DNA of 64,000 nucleotides from positions 5,669 to 69,668 of the forward strand of contig JBJFDC010000006.1 of assembly GCA_051889215.1 (NCBI GenBank), in the 5' to 3' direction. A program made the translations under genes and the position numbers. Numbering within the stretch: position 1 is the stretch's first letter; every line of letters starts with the position of its first letter. The notes under the pieces are model-generated. The model was not told where the DNA came from and searched no databases. It saw only the letters and a program-made list of their open reading frames with translations. This document shows, piece by piece, positions 6,949 to 16,278 of this stretch. The stretch comes from Christensenellales bacterium. GTDB taxonomy: Bacteria > Bacillota > Clostridia > Christensenellales > UBA1242.

Positions 6949-9758
6949 TGGAAGAATTTATCAAAATCACTGGAGCGAGGGAGAATAATCTAAAAAACAT
7001 TGACCTCACAATTCCAAGAAACAAGTTAATTGTTTTCACAGGCGTGAGCGGAAGCGGGAAAAGCACGCTTGCTTTTGATACAATTTTTGCTGAAAGTCAA
7101 AGGCGATATATGGAGAGTCTGTCGTCATATGCAAGACAATTTTTGGGGCAATCTTCAAAACCCGAGGTCGACAAAATTGAAGGTCTTTCACCATCTATTG
7201 CAATCGATCAAAAAACAACCAACCACAATCCTCGTTCAACTGTTGGAACTGTGACTGAAATATATGATTATATGAGACTCTTATATGCCAAAATTGGTGT
7301 TGCATATTGTCCAAAATGCCATAAGCCAATCAAAAGACAAAGTGTTGACCAAATTATTGATCGCATTGCTGAATATCCGCAAGGTGCAAAACTTTTGATT
7401 CTTGCCCCAATCGCGCGTGGGCAGAAAGGAACGTTTGCTGTCAAATTTGAAGAACTAAAAAAAGATGGATTTGTTCGCGTTGAGGTTGATGGAAATGTTC
7501 GTTCGCTTGACGAAGAAATTTCTCTTGAAAAAAACATCAAGCACGATATCTATGTTGTTGTTGACAGAGTTGTTGTAAAAGATGACATCAAAACACGTCT
7601 TTCAGACAGCGTTGAACTCGCGATAAAGACGGGCGATGGAATTGTCGTTGTTGAAAATGATGGACAAAAAGAAGTTTTTTCAACACTATATGCATGTGAT
7701 GAGTGCGGTTATTCAATCGAGGAAATCACGCCGCGCATGTTTTCGTTCAATAGTCCATATGGTGCTTGCGAGCATTGCACGGGGCTTGGATTTACAGAGG
7801 AAATTGACCCAAAACTCATCATCAAAGACCCACAAAAGAGTCTTAACCAAGGTGCGGTCAATGTTAGTGGCTGGAATTTCACAAACTCATATATGACGAA
7901 CATATATTTCAAAGCAATTTCCAAACAATATGGGATTGACCTAAACATGCCCATAAAGGATATGCCAAAAGACAAACTCGACATTGTGCTCTATGGCAAT
8001 CATGGCGAAAAACTCAATTATCACTATTCAAGTTTGAAATATTCTGGCGACATGAACTTTTCTTATGAGGGCGTTATTCCAAATCTTGAAAGAAGATTTC
8101 GCGAGACAACAAGCGATTGGATAAAGCAGGAAATTGCAAAATATATGCGTCAATCAACTTGCAAAGAATGTGATGGAAAAAGACTTAAAATGAGTGTTTT
8201 GAACATAAAAATCAATGGGCTAAATATATCTGAAATGTCAGATATGTCAGTGGATAAATTGCTTGATTATCTCCAAGGTTTGAAACTTGGAAAAACTGAA
8301 ACAGAGATTGCAAAGCCAATTCTCAAAGAAATTATTGCGCGCTTGTGTTTTCTTAAAAATGTTGGGCTTGGATATTTGACTTTGTCGCGAAGTGCTGAAA
8401 GCTTGAGCGGTGGAGAGTCGCAAAGAATTAGACTTGCAACTCAAATTGGAAGTGGACTCACTGGCGTTCTATATATTTTGGATGAGCCAAGCATTGGACT
8501 TCATCAATCTGACAACACAAAACTGCTCGACACGCTCAAAGCACTTCGAGATGTGGGAAACACGGTTATTGTTGTTGAGCATGATGAAGACACAATTCGC
8601 GAAGCTGACTTTGTCGTCGACATTGGCCGTTATGCGGGTGTTCATGGCGGGGAAGTTGTTGTTGCGGGAACTCCGATTGATGTGATGAACTGCCAAGAGT
8701 CAATCACTGGTGCATTTTTGTCTGGTCGCGAAAAGATATTAATCCCAGAAAAAACAAGGCAAGGTGAATATGGACAAATAAAGATTCGCGGGGCGCACCT
8801 TCATAATCTCAAAAATGTCGATGTGAATTTTCCTCTTTCAAAACTTACAGTTGTGACCGGTGTGAGCGGGAGCGGAAAAAGTTCATTGGTCAATGGGGTT
8901 TTGTGCCCAGGTGTGAGAAATAGTTTGCAAAAAGAACAGTTTGATTTGCCAGCGAAGAGCGTTGAAATTGTTGGGGAAGTGGACAAGATTGTTGACATTG
9001 ACCAGTCTCCAATCGGAAGGACACCGCGCTCAAACCCCGCAACATATGTTGGTGTTTTCACTCCAATACGAGAACTTTTTGCTTCGACCATTGACGCAAA
9101 AGAAAGGGGATATTCTGCAGGCAGATTCAGTTTTAATGTCAAAGGCGGAAGGTGTGAAAATTGCGAGGGAGATGGGGTTAAAGAAATCGAAATGTATTTC
9201 TTGCCAGACATTGAGGTTCCTTGTGAGGTTTGCAAAGGAAAACGTTATAATCGTGAGACACTTGAAGTAAAATATAAAGGCAAATCAATTTTTGACGTTC
9301 TCGACATGACAATCGAAGAAGCGCTCAAATTCTTTGACGCAATTCCACAAATAAAGAACAAACTCCAAGCACTGAGCGATGTTGGACTCGGATATGTCAA
9401 ACTTGGTCAATCTTCAACCACTCTTTCGGGTGGAGAGGCGCAAAGAGTTAAACTCGCGACAGAGCTCTCAAAGCGCTCGACGGGAAAAACGCTTTATATC
9501 CTTGATGAGCCAACAACAGGACTGAGCACCTATGATGTCAAAAAACTCATTCAAATCCTGCAAACACTTGTTGACAGAGGCAACACAGTTGTCGTGATTG
9601 AACATAATCTCGATGTCATCAAGGTTGCTGACAACATTATTGACCTTGGACCACACGGAGGAGACCAAGGCGGAGAGATTGTTGCAACTGGAACTCCAAG
9701 AGATGTTGCAAAAAGAGGTGTTGGACTCACCGCCGAATTTTTGAAGAAATATTTTTAG
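6948..9758 (+). CDS. uvrA: excinuclease ABC subunit A
   Basis: 936 aa with two ABC ATPase modules (GVSGSGKS twice, LSGGE twice) and zinc-finger cysteines. Confidence 0.95.
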   Translation: MEEFIKITGARENNLKNIDLTIPRNKLIVFTGVSGSGKSTLAFDTIFAESQRRYMESLSSYARQFLGQSSKPEVDKIEGLSPSIAIDQKTTNHNPRSTVGTVTEIYDYMRLLYAKIGVAYCPKCHKPIKRQSVDQIIDRIAEYPQGAKLLILAPIARGQKGTFAVKFEELKKDGFVRVEVDGNVRSLDEEISLEKNIKHDIYVVVDRVVVKDDIKTRLSDSVELAIKTGDGIVVVENDGQKEVFSTLYACDECGYSIEEITPRMFSFNSPYGACEHCTGLGFTEEIDPKLIIKDPQKSLNQGAVNVSGWNFTNSYMTNIYFKAISKQYGIDLNMPIKDMPKDKLDIVLYGNHGEKLNYHYSSLKYSGDMNFSYEGVIPNLERRFRETTSDWIKQEIAKYMRQSTCKECDGKRLKMSVLNIKINGLNISEMSDMSVDKLLDYLQGLKLGKTETEIAKPILKEIIARLCFLKNVGLGYLTLSRSAESLSGGESQRIRLATQIGSGLTGVLYILDEPSIGLHQSDNTKLLDTLKALRDVGNTVIVVEHDEDTIREADFVVDIGRYAGVHGGEVVVAGTPIDVMNCQESITGAFLSGREKILIPEKTRQGEYGQIKIRGAHLHNLKNVDVNFPLSKLTVVTGVSGSGKSSLVNGVLCPGVRNSLQKEQFDLPAKSVEIVGEVDKIVDIDQSPIGRTPRSNPATYVGVFTPIRELFASTIDAKERGYSAGRFSFNVKGGRCENCEGDGVKEIEMYFLPDIEVPCEVCKGKRYNRETLEVKYKGKSIFDVLDMTIEEALKFFDAIPQIKNKLQALSDVGLGYVKLGQSSTTLSGGEAQRVKLATELSKRSTGKTLYILDEPTTGLSTYDVKKLIQILQTLVDRGNTVVVIEHNLDVIKVADNIIDLGPHGGDQGGEIVATGTPRDVAKRGVGLTAEFLKKYF

Positions 9759-9772
9759 CATTTTGAGAAAAA

Positions 9773-9807
9773 GAAAAAATATGGAATAGAAAGCCCCATA
9801 TTTTTTT
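9773..9807. terminator. terminator between the convergent uvrA and DUF4363 genes
   Basis: AATATGG-N11-CCATATT stem flanked by an A run and a T run. Confidence 0.45.
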
Positions 9808-9820
9808 GACCGCAAAAACT

Positions 9821-10207
9821 TTAAACTACGTTTTGAATGTTGACCCCAAAGATGTGTTTATATCCATTGGCATAGAATATGACGAGGTCCAAGCTTGAGA
9901 GAAATTCTTCGTAATCTTTGTCGCGTTGGCTCGTTCGCATTTTTGTTATATATTCTCCGACCTCATCAATGTTGTTGTGATTTGTCATGAAGCATAAAAT
10001 GTTTTCGTGATGAGTCCAAACCTCTTCAAGTTTTGCCACCTCGTCGATGTGTTGTTGATCAAAAAATGTTTCGCGTGTGACAGTTTGGGCTATTGATGTT
10101 GAGAGATTGATGATTTCATTGATATACTTTTCGCTTAAAACGATTTCTATCACCGACACTGCAATAATAAATATGAGCGAAAATATGATGCCGATGAGTC
10201 TTTTCAT
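9821..10207 (-). CDS. DUF4363-like small membrane protein
   Basis: 128 aa with an N-terminal TM helix. It sits in the usual position downstream of a DUF421 gene, with a 4-nt overlap. Confidence 0.5.
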   Translation of the reverse strand: MKRLIGIIFSLIFIIAVSVIEIVLSEKYINEIINLSTSIAQTVTRETFFDQQHIDEVAKLEEVWTHHENILCFMTNHNNIDEVGEYITKMRTSQRDKDYEEFLSSLDLVIFYANGYKHIFGVNIQNVV

Positions 10208-10941
10208 ACTTTTATTCCTCCACCTTGCTTGGTTTGGAGAAGTTTGTAGTGCTGGTTTTTGGCTTGGATATAGACCTTTCCATTTTTGTCAAGAGTGCAA
10301 ATGATGCAGTCTTTTATTTTTTTGATTTTTGCTTCTTTGAGCATATCTCGAATAAAATCCTCGCCCACTCCAGCAATGTCCAAATTGTCTTTCATCACTG
10401 AACCCTCACTAACCAAAGTGACTGGAAGAGAAGAGATATCGTGTTTTATGTTGAGGTCATTTTTCGTCACGGGGGAGTTTGATGCTTTTGCCATTGCATT
10501 GATTTGTCCTGTTGTTTCAACAATGACATATGCGACATCGTCAAGCGAAAAAAAGCCCTTTCCGCGTATTCCTTCAATGATATCTTCAATGCTGATGTTT
10601 AGTGACCGGATTGCCTTGTAGTCAATTCCTTCTGGGGTCACAACAATAATTGGTCTGCCGTTTATGATTTTGTCAAGCTTGACGCTCTTTTGACAAATGA
10701 TTGACAAAAAATAGTGCACGACCAAAAGAGTGAGAAGTGGCACAACCCCGTGAAGCAATGGAATTGTCATTTCCGCCATTGGAATTGTCGATAGGTCCGC
10801 GATAATCAAAGTCAGCACCAATTCAAAAGGTTGCATTTGACCAATTTGTCGTTTTCCCATAAGTCGAAAAACAAACAAAATTAAAATATAAATTATTAAT
10901 GCTCGAATTATTATTGCTCCCATATAAATAAAGTGTTTCAA
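10204..10941 (-). CDS. DUF421 (YetF/YrbG-like) membrane protein
   Basis: LMGKRQIGQMQPFELVLTLIIADL is a motif typical of DUF421. Confidence 0.65.
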   Translation of the reverse strand: MKHFIYMGAIIIRALIIYILILFVFRLMGKRQIGQMQPFELVLTLIIADLSTIPMAEMTIPLLHGVVPLLTLLVVHYFLSIICQKSVKLDKIINGRPIIVVTPEGIDYKAIRSLNISIEDIIEGIRGKGFFSLDDVAYVIVETTGQINAMAKASNSPVTKNDLNIKHDISSLPVTLVSEGSVMKDNLDIAGVGEDFIRDMLKEAKIKKIKDCIICTLDKNGKVYIQAKNQHYKLLQTKQGGGIKV

Positions 10942-10992
10942 GCGAATAATTTTTATACTTTTTTATTAAAAATAATAATTAAATTAATTAAT

Positions 10993-12549
10993 TTATTTAT
11001 TTTTTTTAATTATTTTCTTTTTATTTTTAAATATTTTCATATTTTTCAATTTAAATTTTTTGATTTTTATCATGTATGCATCGATGTTGATAACTTTGAA
11101 TATGACACACAACAAGAAAAAGAATATTGCACCAATTGAACATGAAACTGCAAGGACAAAGAATGGCGTGAAAAAGTGTTCAAGAATGCCTGCACAAAAA
11201 GATGTCAAAGCGGCGACTGGGATTGAAATCAAGCACATTTTTAGCAAGGGTTTTATAATGTTGAGCGGTGCGTTTGTCGCCTTTTTTATTTTTCGAATGT
11301 TGAGAAGCGCGGTCAGTGTCATGCTGAGCCCCAAAGAATATCCAAGAGCATCAATGCCGATAAACCTTGGCAAAATCACCGCGCCCAAAATCATTATAGT
11401 TGAACCCAAGATGCTGTTTATGAACGATTTCATTTCAAGCCCAAGCCCATTGAGAATTGCGGTTGAAATGTTGTTTAGACCCATTGGAATCATAACCCAG
11501 GCAAAGCGCGCCAAGAGCATTCCGCTTGTCGCATTATCATAAAAGAAGAGGCCGACTTTTTCGCCCACCGCGATATAGAGCGGAACGAGAAATGTTGAAA
11601 TGAAAAGAGCAAAAGCAATGGAGGAGGACGTCCTGTTTTTTACGTGACTTGAATCATTATTTGTCTGTGCAGTGGAAAGGTCTGGAATGATTGCCATTGA
11701 AAGAGACCCAACCAAAGTTGTTGGGACAAACAAAAGTGGAAAAGTCATGCCCGAGGCAATTCCATAAAGTCCGAGAGCTTGACTGGTTGAATATCCGGCG
11801 CGTTCCAGCATGATTGGGATTATGATTGCAATGAGTGGCTGCATCATGCTGACGGCAAAACGCACTGCGGTGATTGGGGTTGCGCTTTTTGTTATTTCGC
11901 GATAAGTTTTGCTTGGTTTTTTTAGTTTGCCACCTTGAACAAAATATAAGACAACAACGAGCACTGCGCTAAATAGACATGCGATTGTGAGCGACAAACT
12001 TGCACTCACAACTCCGCTCAATGTCTTGTTGAGAAAAGTGAAGAACACAATGCAAAGTGCAATTCTTATAATTTGTTCAAATAACTCTGTCGCGCACACA
12101 CCAAAGTATTTGTCATGCCCCCACAGGTTTCCGCGAAACACCGAGTATATCGCCGAAAACACGACCGCCGGGAGCAAGATTAATAGTATTGTCACACATT
12201 GCTTGTCTAACAAAATAATGTTTAAAACAGGGGAGAATGCAAGCATAATCGTGCACAAGCCAAATGAAAAAATTAGTGAAAGAATGAGTGCGCTGCTCAT
12301 CATTCTGTGTTCTGACACCTTGTCGCCTTGAGTGTTATATCTTGCGGTGAGTTTTGAAATGACAAGAGGAAGACCGCTTGACACAAGCATGAGAAGAACA
12401 CCAAAAATCGAGAAAGAAATCTGATATATGCCAAGCATTTCACTTCCCAAAACTCTTGACATATATATCCTGAACACAAAGCCCAAAATTCTTGTGATGA
12501 CTGAAAATATTGTTATGATTGCGACTGATTTAAAAATGGATTTCATCAT
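10993..12549 (-). CDS. MOP-superfamily flippase, SpoVB/MurJ-like
   Basis: 518 aa, about 14 TM segments. The N-terminus ITRILGFVFRIYMSRVLGSEMLGIYQ is typical of SpoVB-type polysaccharide/lipid II flippases. Confidence 0.7.
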   Translation of the reverse strand: MMKSIFKSVAIITIFSVITRILGFVFRIYMSRVLGSEMLGIYQISFSIFGVLLMLVSSGLPLVISKLTARYNTQGDKVSEHRMMSSALILSLIFSFGLCTIMLAFSPVLNIILLDKQCVTILLILLPAVVFSAIYSVFRGNLWGHDKYFGVCATELFEQIIRIALCIVFFTFLNKTLSGVVSASLSLTIACLFSAVLVVVLYFVQGGKLKKPSKTYREITKSATPITAVRFAVSMMQPLIAIIIPIMLERAGYSTSQALGLYGIASGMTFPLLFVPTTLVGSLSMAIIPDLSTAQTNNDSSHVKNRTSSSIAFALFISTFLVPLYIAVGEKVGLFFYDNATSGMLLARFAWVMIPMGLNNISTAILNGLGLEMKSFINSILGSTIMILGAVILPRFIGIDALGYSLGLSMTLTALLNIRKIKKATNAPLNIIKPLLKMCLISIPVAALTSFCAGILEHFFTPFFVLAVSCSIGAIFFFLLCVIFKVINIDAYMIKIKKFKLKNMKIFKNKKKIIKKNK

Positions 12550-12646
12550 TACCTCAAATTAATATATTAATGAGGTGCAAAATTTATTTGCAAAATTATA
12601 CAATTTATTTTATACTATAAATCAAATTTTGGAATTGAGAGGAAAT

Positions 12647-13765
12647 ATGATTGAAATAATTGAAGTCAAAACCAAAAAGGAAATCAGACAGTTTGTGGAT
12701 TTTCCAACAAAATTATATAAAAAAGTCAAGCAATATGTTCACCCTTTGCGCTTTGATGAAATAAACAATTTTGACCCAAAGAAAAATATGTCTTTGAAAG
12801 AATGCGATTTGCAACTTTTTCTTGCAAAACGTGACGGCAAAATCGTCGGACGAATCGCGGGCATAATTCAAAGGTCATACAACAAAAAGGTCGGACAAAC
12901 AAGATGTCGTTTTTCGCGCTTTGATGCGATTGATGATGTTGAGGTTGCACGTGCTTTGTTTGGCGCCGTTGAAAAATGGGCAAAAGACAAAGGAATGAAC
13001 ATTGTTCATGGGCCGCTCGGCTTTAATGACTTGGACCGAGAAGGAATGCTCATTGAGGGTTTTGACGAGATTGCAACTTTTGAAGAACAATACAATTTTC
13101 CATATTACAAAGATTTGCTTGAAGCGTGTGGATATGAAAAAGAAACTGACTGGCTTGAATACAAAATTTATCCTTCACCACTTGATGAAAGAACTGATAA
13201 ACTTGCCGACATTGTTCTCAAGCGCTATAATTTGAGGGTTGTTGAAGAGAGGAACAAAAGAAGATTCCTCAAAAAATATGGCGACCAAATTTTTGAAGTT
13301 GTTGACGAAGCATATGCTCCACTTCATGGAACAGTGCCAATCAGCGAAAGTGTTCGCGCTCAAATATTGGAGCAATTTGCGCTTGTTCTTTCTCTCAAGT
13401 TTTTCATCACAATTGTTGATGAAAATGACAGAGTTGTTGCATTTGGATTTGCTTTGCCATCACTTGCAAAAGCGGTGAACAAGTCTCAAGGCAAAATGTT
13501 GCCGGCAGGAATTTTCAGAATGCTCCGTGCAATCAAAAAGCCACAAATTGTTGACCTTGCACTGGTCGGAATTCGTCCTGAATATCAAGGCAAAGGCGTC
13601 AATGCTATTATCATGAGATTCATGGCAAACACAATCAAGAAAAACCACATTCAATTTTGCGAAACCAATCTCAATCTTGAGGACAACATCAAAATTCAAC
13701 AACAATGGAAATTGTTTAATCACACACAACACAAACGCCGTCGTTGTTTCATAAAAAAACTTTAA
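12647..13765 (+). CDS. GNAT-like acyltransferase family protein
   Basis: Start at MIEIIEV follows GAGAGGA. The C-terminal region has an acetyltransferase-like motif (VGIRPEYQGKGVNAII). Confidence 0.5.
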   Translation: MIEIIEVKTKKEIRQFVDFPTKLYKKVKQYVHPLRFDEINNFDPKKNMSLKECDLQLFLAKRDGKIVGRIAGIIQRSYNKKVGQTRCRFSRFDAIDDVEVARALFGAVEKWAKDKGMNIVHGPLGFNDLDREGMLIEGFDEIATFEEQYNFPYYKDLLEACGYEKETDWLEYKIYPSPLDERTDKLADIVLKRYNLRVVEERNKRRFLKKYGDQIFEVVDEAYAPLHGTVPISESVRAQILEQFALVLSLKFFITIVDENDRVVAFGFALPSLAKAVNKSQGKMLPAGIFRMLRAIKKPQIVDLALVGIRPEYQGKGVNAIIMRFMANTIKKNHIQFCETNLNLEDNIKIQQQWKLFNHTQHKRRRCFIKKL

Positions 13766-13849
13766 TATATCTTTTTTAGTCAAACAGATGCTATTTATTT
13801 GTTTGATTTTTTTATCTATTTTGATTAAATTAATTATGGGGAGGCAATT

Positions 13850-15901
13850 ATGAATAAAATTTATGAACCGCTTTTTTCGAGTTGGAAAATCGGTGATGTT
13901 GAAATAAAAAACAGGATTGTTTTATGTCCGATGGGTGGAACCTCGTTGTTTGGTTGGATGGAACCAAATCATTTTGATGAGGAGTCTGCCCAATTTTTTT
14001 TGGAAAGGGCAAAAAACAATGTTGGGCTCGTCATTCCTGGCATTGCACCGCTCAAAGACAGCATTGGTGGACGTTGGCTCTATAAAAACAAAAAGATGTT
14101 TAAAAAACTCAAAGTATATATGGAAGAGTTTCACAAAACTGGCGCAAAATTATTCGTCCAACTGACGGCGGGTTTTGGTCGTTCATTTGCGATTACTGAC
14201 CCGTTGGTGAAAATTTATAATTGCAAACTTGTGAGAACTTTGATAAAACCTGTCATGGACCTTGGTTATGCATGTGCAAGTCCATCTGTTTTGCCATCGC
14301 GCTGGTCTGACAAGGTGACATGTCGTGCACTAAAAAAGAAAGAAATTGAAAAGATGATTTATGCTTTTGCCGAAACTGCAAAGCTTTGCAAAGAGGCAGG
14401 AGTTGACGGCGTTGAGGTTCATGCGGTTCATGAAGGATATCTCTTGGATCAATTCACTCTCAAATACACAAATCACAGAACAGATGAATATGGCGGCAGT
14501 TTTGAAAATCGATATCGTTTTGCGGTTGAGGTTGTGAAAGCAATCAAAGAGAAATGCGGGCAAGATTATCCTGTTTCTCTTCGCTATTCAGTCGTCAGCA
14601 AGACAAAAGATTTTTGCAAAGGTGCACTTCCTGGAGAAGAATATGTTGAGGTTGGACGTGACCTTGAAGAAAGTGAGAAGGCAGCCAAATATTTGGTTGA
14701 TGCGGGCTATGACATGCTCAACTGCGACAATGGAACATATGACGCGTGGTATTGGTCGCACCCTCCAGTTTATATGCATAACAACTGCAATTTGACCGAA
14801 GTTGCACATATCAAAAAGTTTGTTGATGTCCCAGTTGTTTGCGCAGGGCGAATGACACCACAAGTCGCAGCAAGGGCAATCAAGAATGGGGAAATTGATG
14901 CAATGGGTGTTGCTCGTCAGTTTTTGGTTGATGGCGAATGGGTGACAAAACTCATTCAAGAGCGAGAAGAAGACATTCAACCTTGCATTTGTTGTCACAA
15001 TGCGTGCTTTGTTATGGCACACTACAAAGGTGTCGCAAATGATGAGAGTTTTGAAGATGTCAAAAAAATGGCACGTTGCGCGCTTAATCCTGTCACAATG
15101 AATGGCGGGAAATATGTCATAAAACCTTGCAAAAAATCAAAGAAAATTGCTGTTGTCGGCGGGGGTGTTGGAGGAATGGAAGTTGCAAGAATTGCGACCC
15201 TTCGCGGACATAGTGTCGAAATTTATGAGAAAAGTGATAGACTTGGTGGCGTGTTTGTTGCCGCCTCAAACCCAAGTTTTAAAGAAAACGACAGGCGACT
15301 CCTCAGGTGGTATAAAAAACAGATCGACGATTTGGGGATTGTTGTGCACTATAATTCTGAAATAACCGACATAAAAAAACTTGATGCAGATGAGGTTGTT
15401 ATAGCGACTGGCGCTGTTGCAAAGGCACTTCATTTTGCAGGTGCGGAGAAAGCGATTGAGGCGATTGATTATCTCAATGGTCGCGAAGTTGGAAATGAAG
15501 TTGTCATCATTGGCGGAGGGCTCACGGGCTGCGAGATTGCCTATGATTTGTTCCTTAAAGGCAAAACGCCAAAAATTGTTGAGGCGAAAGATGACCTCAT
15601 CGCGACTCGTGGAGTGTGCCTTGCGAACTCGTCATATCTTCGCGACTTCTTTGAAACAAATAATGTCGAGGTCCACCTTGAAAGTTTTGTCAAATCAATC
15701 CGAGATGGTTATGTGGTTGTTGCGGACAAAAATGGGAATGAAAGCCGTGTTTCGTGCGACGATGTGATTGTTTCAATCGGCTATAAACCAAATCCACTTG
15801 CAAAATGCTCCAAACATGTTCATATCGTGGGAGATGCTGACAAGGTCGGAAATCTCCGAACAGTTGTTTGGCGTGCTTGGGAGGTTGCAGAAAAATTATA
15901 A
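13850..15901 (+). CDS. Old-Yellow-Enzyme/2,4-dienoyl-CoA-reductase-family flavoprotein (2-enoate reductase-like)
   Basis: 683 aa. N-terminal OYE TIM-barrel motifs, a Cys cluster (CICCHNAC) and a C-terminal GGGVGG dinucleotide-binding domain. Confidence 0.75.
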   Translation: MNKIYEPLFSSWKIGDVEIKNRIVLCPMGGTSLFGWMEPNHFDEESAQFFLERAKNNVGLVIPGIAPLKDSIGGRWLYKNKKMFKKLKVYMEEFHKTGAKLFVQLTAGFGRSFAITDPLVKIYNCKLVRTLIKPVMDLGYACASPSVLPSRWSDKVTCRALKKKEIEKMIYAFAETAKLCKEAGVDGVEVHAVHEGYLLDQFTLKYTNHRTDEYGGSFENRYRFAVEVVKAIKEKCGQDYPVSLRYSVVSKTKDFCKGALPGEEYVEVGRDLEESEKAAKYLVDAGYDMLNCDNGTYDAWYWSHPPVYMHNNCNLTEVAHIKKFVDVPVVCAGRMTPQVAARAIKNGEIDAMGVARQFLVDGEWVTKLIQEREEDIQPCICCHNACFVMAHYKGVANDESFEDVKKMARCALNPVTMNGGKYVIKPCKKSKKIAVVGGGVGGMEVARIATLRGHSVEIYEKSDRLGGVFVAASNPSFKENDRRLLRWYKKQIDDLGIVVHYNSEITDIKKLDADEVVIATGAVAKALHFAGAEKAIEAIDYLNGREVGNEVVIIGGGLTGCEIAYDLFLKGKTPKIVEAKDDLIATRGVCLANSSYLRDFFETNNVEVHLESFVKSIRDGYVVVADKNGNESRVSCDDVIVSIGYKPNPLAKCSKHVHIVGDADKVGNLRTVVWRAWEVAEKL

Positions 15902-15918
15902 TCAGCAAAAAAACAAAC

Positions 15919-15947
15919 AAGAGAGTTGCCGACTCTCTTTTTTGTTT
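15919..15947 (+). terminator. rho-independent terminator
   Basis: AAGAGAGT tgccg ACTCTCTT followed by a T run. Confidence 0.7.
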
Positions 15948-16005
15948 GAAAAAAGTCAAGCGGGGACGTGGAGGGATATGCGATGCAGTCGACGATAGAC
16001 GACTC

Positions 16006-16069
16006 CAGCGGTTCGAGTCCGCGCACAGCGGAGCGGAGGATGTGCGGAGCACATTAGAGGTGCCAACAA
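16006..16069 (+). other. inverted partial copy of the tRNA-Glu 3' half with a 31-nt insertion (not a foldable tRNA)
   Basis: CAGCGGTTCGAGTCCGC (16006-16022) is 17/17 identical to the tRNA T-arm. TTAGAGGTGCCAACAA (16054-16069) is 15/16 identical to the tRNA 3' end. The 31 nt between them are GC-rich and contain GCGGA three times. Confidence 0.6.
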
Positions 16070-16093
16070 AAAAGCCAACTGATTTCAGTTGGC
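16068..16093 (-). terminator. rho-independent terminator of tRNA-Glu
   Basis: GCCAACTG attt CAGTTGGC, a perfect 8-bp stem followed on the minus strand by TTTTTT. Confidence 0.75.
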
Positions 16094-16100
16094 AAATTGT

Positions 16101-16175
16101 TGGTACCTCTAAGCGGACTCGAACCGCTGATTTCGCCGTGAGAGGGCGACGTCTTAACCGCTTGACCATAGAGGC
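16101..16175 (-). tRNA. tRNA-Glu (anticodon CTC), CCA encoded
   Basis: Hand-folded cloverleaf: GCCTCTA TG GTCAAGCGGTTAAGAC G TCGCC CTCTCAC GGCGA AATC AGCGG TTCGAGT CCGCT TAGAGGT A CCA (75 nt). Positions 1 and 72 form a G-U pair. Confidence 0.85.
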
Positions 16176-16190
16176 ACGTTGACGAAAACT

Positions 16191-16219
16191 AATATAACAA
16201 AAAAAATCCCTAATTGCAA
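16191..16219 (-). promoter_or_regulatory. sigma-A-like promoter for tRNA-Glu
   Basis: On the minus strand: TTGCAA, 17 nt, TATATT. The -10 hexamer ends about 13-15 nt before the tRNA 5' end. Confidence 0.5.
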
Positions 16220-16278
16220 GACAATATCAAATATTTTTTTGAAAGTTTTGACGAGTGTGTTAAAATAGTGTCATACAA

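Noticed and set aside
10942-10992. AT-rich spacers with recurring attaaattaatta-like strings (also near 13826, 23861-23887, 32270-32329, 50996-51060, 54080-54181 and 54965-55080), considered as dispersed repeats or a CRISPR-like array
   Set aside because: They are low-complexity A/T sequence of variable length and order. There are no regularly spaced identical repeats and no spacers. They are consistent with AT-rich intergenic or promoter DNA.
15957-16069. tmRNA (ssrA) or a second tRNA on the plus strand, suggested by a GGGGACGT... 5' end and a GGTTCGAGTCC T-loop
   Set aside because: No 3' sequence is complementary to GGGGACG. The region is only about 110 nt long, has no tag-ORF or pseudoknot region, and I could not build a cloverleaf. 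No acceptor 5' strand matches TAGAGGT.
15690-16182. Listed ORFs 15690-16169(-), 15820-16026(-), 15868-16182(+) and 15768-15998(+)
   Set aside because: They overlap the 3' end of the oxidoreductase gene, its terminator, the tRNA-Glu and the tRNA-like palindrome. They have no RBS and their composition is that of structured RNA. I treat them as spurious.
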